DNA from: Neodothiora populina
Taxonomy: Eukaryota
Assembly: GCF_041146345.1 (NCBI RefSeq)
Contig: NW_027191415.1
Span: forward strand, 620,001 to 684,000
DNA: 64,000 nt
Reading direction: 5' to 3'
This document shows positions 57,494-64,000 of the stretch, in pieces; positions within the stretch are counted from its first letter, which is position 1, and every line of letters starts with the position of its first letter. The notes below the pieces were generated by a model. That model did no database searches, was not told where the DNA came from, and saw only the letters and a list, made by a program, of their open reading frames with translations. Both the position numbers and the translations under genes were made by a program.

Positions 57494-60400
57494 CTACACA
57501 CATTCCCATTCCGCAAAGACGCACCACCTGGCGCTGCGATCCGCGAGCACGAGGCCTCTCCAAGTACCGCGCTCTCCGACTTTGATGACCGTTTCCCACG
57601 TACTACCCAGGCTCTCGGCGTCCAAGTCATCGATATCGCGTCTGCGCTCGGCATACTCCTGCTTGCGCGTCAATCTGATGATCTTGCCGCTGGGGCTCTG
57701 CATGGCCAATTTTGCCGGTTTCTGCTGCTTGTCCGTCATCGAGCCGTCGGAGTAGTTGCTCCCGGAGTGGGACACGCTGGCGGCGGCGGAGACCATGCTC
57801 ATGGCGCTACCTGGGCGGTTGTAGGGGGTTGGACTCGTGGCGCGCATCGACATTGCGCTGCTGCGGCCGTTGTTACCGCTGGGCGTGGCTGCTGATGATC
57901 CCCATGTGTCCGGGGAGAAGCGCGAGAGTGACGATGGATGCTGGCGGACGCAGAAGACAAATGTGTTGTTGATCACTAGTCGCGCGCACTGTGGTTGTGC
58001 CACGTAGAGGTCGTGACGCTGGGCGTGAGGAGTGGGATGACGCGTGAGGAAAGCATACGGCGGATTCTGGCCTGTGTGGAAGAGGGGGACAGCGAGGGCG
58101 AGAGGGTGTGGATTGTCTTTGTTTGAATGCTGTGAATGCGTTGTTAGCGAGTGTCATTTGTGTCTGTGATCCGGTCGTACTCACCATCAATCCCCTTTTG
58201 CCGACATAGATCTTCAGTACACCCTGCCCTTCATCACCGGGCAGGAGCGCCTTGATCATGAAATGCTTCCTTCCACCAACCCACTCGACCTGAGCCAGAG
58301 CAGATTTCTTCACGATATCACCAGTCTCAAAGGTATCACCGTCCCAGTCGCTGGCGAAGGCTCGTGCCTCAACTTCGGCAACACACTCGACGTCTTCAGG
58401 GACCGCCAGCTGCAGATGGGCCATCTCCAGATTCTCCAGATGAAGGACTGAAGTGTCAAAGTTGACAAGCTCCACATGATGGCGGAAGTATGGTGCAGCC
58501 GCACAAGGCAGCGCCATCAAGATCTCATGAGGAACAGGAGGTACTATGTGCTGCTGCTCCGGCAACAAAGGTACATGGGTGAAGCAGATCTCCATGGGTC
58601 TGGCGAGAAAGTACCAGCTGTCGGCCATGTTCGGGTTCGTCGAGCTGTATTGACTACGTCGAGGGTGCGTCGGGCCAGCGAGGGCACAGTCGATGATGCG
58701 CCACTCACCATCAACGATGACCGCATTCCAGTAATGGTTCGGACGAGCAATGGTGTCGAGATCCAGACTTTCACCTGGGCCCTTCAGGTAGCCGCGCACG
58801 ACCTCAGCGTGGAGTCCGACGGCAGCACAGAGATCGCGCACAAGAGCGGCAATTTCCTCACTGCATCCACGTTTACTGCTGAGAACACGTCTCGTGTCAA
58901 TCTGGCCCTCGAAGTCTTCCTCCCAAGCAATTCGTTCACCGACCCAGGTGAAGATGGCGCGTAGCCGCTGGACGTCACTCCTGTAGGGTCGACAAAGATA
59001 GCTCTGGGCGAGAGTGGTGGGAGTGACCATCTGCGGTAGACCTGCGACGAATCTTGTACCCTTATCTACCAGCGCTAGGTTAGATGTGTTGAAGTCTGTC
59101 GGATCCGTGATAGCCAAGCCATCCAACCCCTCGTCACCTTCAGCATGCTCCATGAGTTCGTCGATTGGGTTGACGACAAACATATCAAGCATCTCGCATC
59201 TCTCGGCCCTTTCGTTCTTCTCATTCTTGCTGAGGGAGTTGGATCTGTTTACGTCTCGACGGACTTGCATCCAGTCGTTGCCGCCACCGAGACCCATATC
59301 ACGATGAGCACCCATATCCGGTGAAAGTGGAGCAGCAGTGCCTCCGGCAATGGCGGTGACGCCATCAGGCATGGTGCCCATCTTCTTCGGAGAACCTACG
59401 CGGCTCGAAGGTCTGCCACTTGAGTGCATGGCCCTCGCGTTCGCAGCACCCGTCTTCGCAGTAGTCTTTGCAGTTTCGACCATTCTCTTGAAAAAGCCAC
59501 TCTTCTTGGCCTTCGGAGCCGCTAAGCCTCCGAGTACACCTGCATTCTCCATGGGATCTGATATCCAATCAGCCATTGGCGTTTGTGCGGGCTGTGTGGC
59601 ATGACTTGAGTGATAGCTGATACCAGAAACGGGTGACATCGGCCGAGTGTTTTCTTTTTCTATATGAGCATCTTGTTGGAATGCGCCTCGAATATCACCA
59701 ATGGACTTGGAACTGATTGCGCTCAAGGGCCGCTTCTGCTTCATACTGCCCATGCCAAACTTTCTTCTAGCCAGACTGCCGGCACTTGTTGCGCTGAAGC
59801 CGCCAGCCGAATAACCGCTCATTAGGGTATGATCGGTCATCTGCGTGCTATTCGACTGGTTGGTGCTTGAAGTCGCATTGCTTCGCCATCCTGATGATGA
59901 GGTGGTGACGCTTGTCTTGGTCGTCATAGTCCGAGAGAGAGGTTGCCTCCCAAGCTCATACGCAGACTTTCGAGGGCTGATGGCTTTGTATCCTTGCGAA
60001 CTCGAGCTGCTAGCTGTTGTGGGCCGACTGCCGGATTGGGAACCACGGGACGTGGGTCGGTCATTGTAGTCCTGGTAAGAGCTCGAGAATCCCGCGCTAG
60101 ACGTTGGATTGTGTCGAAGATGGTTCTCCATCCGCTGCACATAATTGCCAACCGTTGCAACACCGTCTCGGGAAGCTGGGACCGCTTCTTCTTCGTAGCC
60201 ACCCCGCTCGTAGCTATCTTGACGTGTGTGCATGGCCATGGCAGATTGCGCTCTCACGGGTTGAGTGCGCCTACCGTGAGACTGGCCGAAAGACTCGGGT
60301 GACCAGATGTTCGATGGTGAATCAGGTCGTGGATGATGATGAGACGTGGGAGGAACAGAGTTTGAAAGAGGCGGAGGCGAAGACGGACTGCACACACTAC

Positions 60401-61736
60401 TCATATCATTTAGAGAGGTCATGATGTCGTTCATGGCGTCTCGTAGGGGTGAGGGTGTCATGCCAGAAGATTGGCCGTTCGTGGATTGTCTGCTCGGCGT
60501 GTTGTAGCCGGCAGACACGTCGTCATCTTCCATCTGATCCGGAGGAAGAAGCGAAGACGAAGGCGCGACGTTTGGCTGATAGGCGACGCGGTGTGGAGGT
60601 GGGGGTGGAGGAGGGGATGAGGATGCTACATTGCCTGATGCATTAAAGGGCGCCGGCGACGGGGCGCGAGAGGGATTTTCATACATGGGAAAGGGTGCCG
60701 GTGAGGGACTTCGAGAGTGTTGCTGCCATTCTGCTGGTGGAGCGGGAGACACCGCTCGAGATCCCATCCCGTAGTCCATCGGTGGCGCAGGTGAAGGCGA
60801 CCGTGAGTAGTATTGGGGTTGGTACGGCACGGAGGACGATGGTTGATACATCGGTTGAGGAGTAGGAGAAGCAGAAGCATGTGCGGTATATGGCCTTGAC
60901 GCAATTTCTCTGTAGTGTGACGGGGCAGGTGAGTGTGGCCTGTACATGGAGGGAACAGCCGAGTGAGGACGGTAAGAGGATTGCATGGACGGCGACGGTG
61001 CACGGTAATGTGCAGAAGGTGGAGCAGGAGACGAGGCCCGGTACATGGCTGAAGGCGCAGGAGAGTGAGACCTGATGGTGTTCGAAGGTGCTGAATTCAT
61101 CATCATGGGAGAAGGACTTGGAGCTCGAGAGTGTGATCTGTGTCCTCTTCGGGGAGGAGGAGATGGGATCCTGGGGGCCTCTTCCTTCAGCGGCGATGGC
61201 GCATTTGGTTTAGGTGCCTGTCCAGGAGCAGAGGCCGTCTTCATACTCGAATAAGGCGAGAACTTCTTCTTCTGTGGCCGGTCTTTGTCCGCTATGCCGG
61301 GCTGCGAGTTGAAGCCATCGTCTCTGTATCCAAACTCCTTGTATCCCTGGAATGGTTTTCTGAACACACTCTTCTGTTTTTGCGGTGACGGAGATGCCTG
61401 GTTCCCCGACTTTGTAGGCGTCATGTTCCGACTGATGGGTGCGGGTTGGAAGTCCTGGTCTAGTACCTGCACAAAGTTGGAGGGAAATAAGCCAACCATA
61501 CGACGGTCGCGGCGCAGGCGCCCCATCCACCATGAGCCGTCGCCTGCATTGAGACATTCTATCAGGTCTCCTTCAATAAACCCAAGATCCTTTTTGGTCT
61601 GTTCGCAGTCGCAGTCAGTACACTGCGCTCAGCCTCATGATATCCCAAAGCCTCTTCTTACCTCTCCGCCCCAAGAGTACACGGCCTTGCACCAGCAGGG
61701 GAATTTTGTAGGGAATGTCTGCGACGTTCCACCCAT
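57494..61736 (-). CDS. CYK3: Cytokinesis protein Cyk3 (SH3 + transglutaminase-like); exons 61736-61662, 61598-58185, 58129-57494
   Basis: SH3 (KAVYSWGGE|TKKDLGFIEGD...WWMG...GLFPSNFV), Pro/Ser-rich linker, QRLRAIFTW, HYWNAV, IIDC, and C-terminal WCVFAEWECV. Confidence 0.92.
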
Positions 61737-62757
61737 TATGGCGCGATCCTAATAAACAAGAAAAGTAATCCTTGGAATCGTCCTACTCCATCAAATCGCC
61801 GTGCGATCGAGATGTTGTGATTATAAGAAACCCTGTTGATGTCGAGATAGACCTGCTATCTCTTGTGTTTGTTATGTGTATGCACTCAAAGCTCTCTTGT
61901 GATTCGGGCGGACACTAGGACGGCAAATCCAAGCTGTCAAGACACTTTGTTTGGGCTGTGGCGGCGTTCGGTGGCTGTTTCGTTATGCTTTGCGCGACAA
62001 CACCGTCTTATCAAAATAACGAGGGACGTGTGGTGAGAGCGAGAGATCAGGGTGGAATAAGTTATGATGACGGCAGCAATGATGCCCAGACTAAATTTAC
62101 GCAGACCGCTAAGGTATTAATTGTGTAAGAGAAAAGCACATGCAGCTTTTGAGTCTATACGATCAAGACAAGACTTGTTACGAATGACGGCCGACCCGTT
62201 GCGATAATAAGTTAATGTTCTTTGAGTCGTTCTGTTTACCGCCTTTGTTTGGCCAAGACGATGATGCTTGACAACCAGACCCTCGGGCCAATCGTCCCGC
62301 TATACCTTAGTTGTGCCTCACCTTAGACTTGCGGTCCTTGTATCCTGCTCCACCTTGATCCCGCCTCGAACTCCATGTCCAAACCCTAGTCAGCTCCCTT
62401 ACCGGGATAAGGTAATGTACTATTAGTTCTGTTGAATCTTGACGCAAGAAACTTAAATACTTGTGTCTCCACTCACGCATACCATCTTCGCAGGATCTGC
62501 ACCTTTCCTCTTATGTCCTGCATGAGCCCGGGCCCTGGTTGCGGCCGCGTCTGAAGTTTGGAGAAAGAGCGAGTTAAAACTGCATAGCAACGGCCCACAA
62601 ACACGATCACTCGTGCATTGAATGCATGTAAAAAAGAAGCATATGCATTTGCTGGTGCGACACAGCTGCACATCTCTCTACTTTTGGTTCTTGTACTCAT
62701 TCTATCCGTCCTTGCATGTCTTCCTGTTGCCATCTTCGGCAATGCCACAACAGTCAT

Positions 62758-64000
62758 TTAAGCCCACATAGCCTTGAACTTAACGTTGAACTCCACTTGC
62801 AGCTTCTGGAATGCCTTGAGCACTTTCACCAGTCCCTTCTCACCGCCAGCACCCTCCCATGCTGCTTCTCCATCTTTCAGTGACTCTGCCTCTTCAGCTG
62901 CCCTGCGAGCTGCATCTTTCCTCTCGCTGCTTTCTTCTGCATTCGCAGCGTCCTCCCAGCTGTCGAGCTTCTTGGCCTTCGCCTTGCTCATCACCGGCCT
63001 CTCCGGCTGGATGGAAGGATCAGCTATGACAGAGTCGACCTTGCTCTCCGTCTCGGATGCTGCGATCTCGTCGTCTTCTGCCTCCTCGACCGCGTCAAGG
63101 TTACCCATTATCTCAAGCATGTCGAGATCGTTGGCGGGTTTCAATTTCATGAAGTTCATCAGACTGGTAATTATCGTAGCTAGAACCAGCGAGAAGTCGT
63201 TGAGCAGGAACCACACTTCACCCTTGCTGATTTTGTTGGCCCGCTCCAATGTGTTGATGTCGCCGTGTTTGAAGAAATCCAACAAGTAGGCGTTGAGCGG
63301 CGAGTCCAAGTCTTGAGGGTACAGTCCAACGTTGGGTACCACTGACTCCTCAAGAAAAACTCCAGAGCGAGTCGTGCGACACAGATCAGCGACAGAGTTG
63401 AACTTGTCTGAGTGTCCAGACAGAGCATAAAACTGAGATCTGATCGTGGTGGCTGGTAGAGCCCGGCTCTTGATCGATTCCGGGAGATCAGATCTATCAG
63501 CCTTGACTCCCGCATGCATCCCACTCAATGGCAGCTGATCATCGACGGCTTCTATGTGCTGGTTGACAAAGGTCTGTACATAAGCCGTGAAGACCTGGAG
63601 GACTTGCTCGCTGTGTTCACCAAGTATGGTTGTCGCCTCTTCCGGCATAGGCGGCAAGAAGACAAGCGAGGAAGAGGGTTTGGTAGCCTTCTCTCTGTTC
63701 TCTTCATCTGCTTGTTTACAGTACACCCTGCCAAAAAGATGAGCCATGACCAGCATTAGAGTCTCCATTGTTGATTGCTCCTTTGTATCAATGTCTGCAC
63801 AGAGGCGATGGAAGAAGCCTTCTTTCAACAGTGCGTGGAAAGCGAAGCTTGAGTTCTCCGTGAAGTACAGATGCGATACAAGTGGGGCGAAATTCAGGGT
63901 CGCGCCATCCTTGTCTAAGAGCTGTTGTCTGCGTAGGTATTCGATAGAAAAGCGTAGGTGATGTAACGTCTGCTCTTTGAACGAAGGTCCTCCCATGAAG
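62758..64000 (-). CDS. 3' part of a DDX60-like DEAD/DEAH-box helicase (gene begins beyond the right edge)
   Basis: HHLRFSIEYLRRQ, LVSHLYFTENSSFAFHALL, LNAYLLDFFKHG, VWFLLNDFSLVL and terminal KFKAMWA resemble the fungal DDX60-like C-terminus; helicase motifs are not in the window. Confidence 0.7.
   Translation of the reverse strand, partial: FMGGPSFKEQTLHHLRFSIEYLRRQQLLDKDGATLNFAPLVSHLYFTENSSFAFHALLKEGFFHRLCADIDTKEQSTMETLMLVMAHLFGRVYCKQADEENREKATKPSSSLVFLPPMPEEATTILGEHSEQVLQVFTAYVQTFVNQHIEAVDDQLPLSGMHAGVKADRSDLPESIKSRALPATTIRSQFYALSGHSDKFNSVADLCRTTRSGVFLEESVVPNVGLYPQDLDSPLNAYLLDFFKHGDINTLERANKISKGEVWFLLNDFSLVLATIITSLMNFMKLKPANDLDMLEIMGNLDAVEEAEDDEIAASETESKVDSVIADPSIQPERPVMSKAKAKKLDSWEDAANAEESSERKDAARRAAEEAESLKDGEAAWEGAGGEKGLVKVLKAFQKLQVEFNVKFKAMWA

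Noticed and set aside
1642..64000. Functional cluster of RNA-processing genes (UTP8, EDC3, LSM3, U6, DDX60-like)
   Set aside because: Spread over 60 kb among unrelated genes; the category is large, so chance co-location is likely without synteny evidence.

Overview
Gene-dense, intron-containing DNA from a filamentous ascomycete (Pezizomycotina; Dothideomycete-like, by inference only). About 21 protein-coding genes were reconstructed by hand from motifs and GT..CTRAY..AG intron signals. In order: a partial Elg1/ATAD5-like gene running off the left edge, UTP8, a GH76 hydrolase, a Zn2Cys6 transcription factor, a CorA-family transporter, Rab7/YPT7, EDC3, a SurE phosphatase, a hydroxynaphthalene reductase, a B-type cyclin, a C-terminal Zn2Cys6 protein, a transglutaminase-like peptidase, LSM3 (absent from the ORF track), a DNF3-like P4-ATPase, samB/MUB1, an SLC35F/THI74-like transporter, an orphan ORF, CYK3, and the 3' end of a DDX60-like helicase. 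The most striking element is a U6 snRNA gene (minus strand, ~54151-54318). It is interrupted by a 67-nt spliceosomal intron whose 5' splice site overlaps a Pol III B-box. Other unexplained non-coding structure includes a degenerate 22-bp (2x11) tandem array with six phased TGACTC sites, two intergenic islands strongly enriched in GTAC and palindromes, a repeat-flanked decayed ORF, a 3'-UTR intron with tandem acceptors, and several stop-free 3n introns. No CRISPR, tRNA, rRNA or intact transposon was seen. All gene identities come from recalled family motifs, not database searches.
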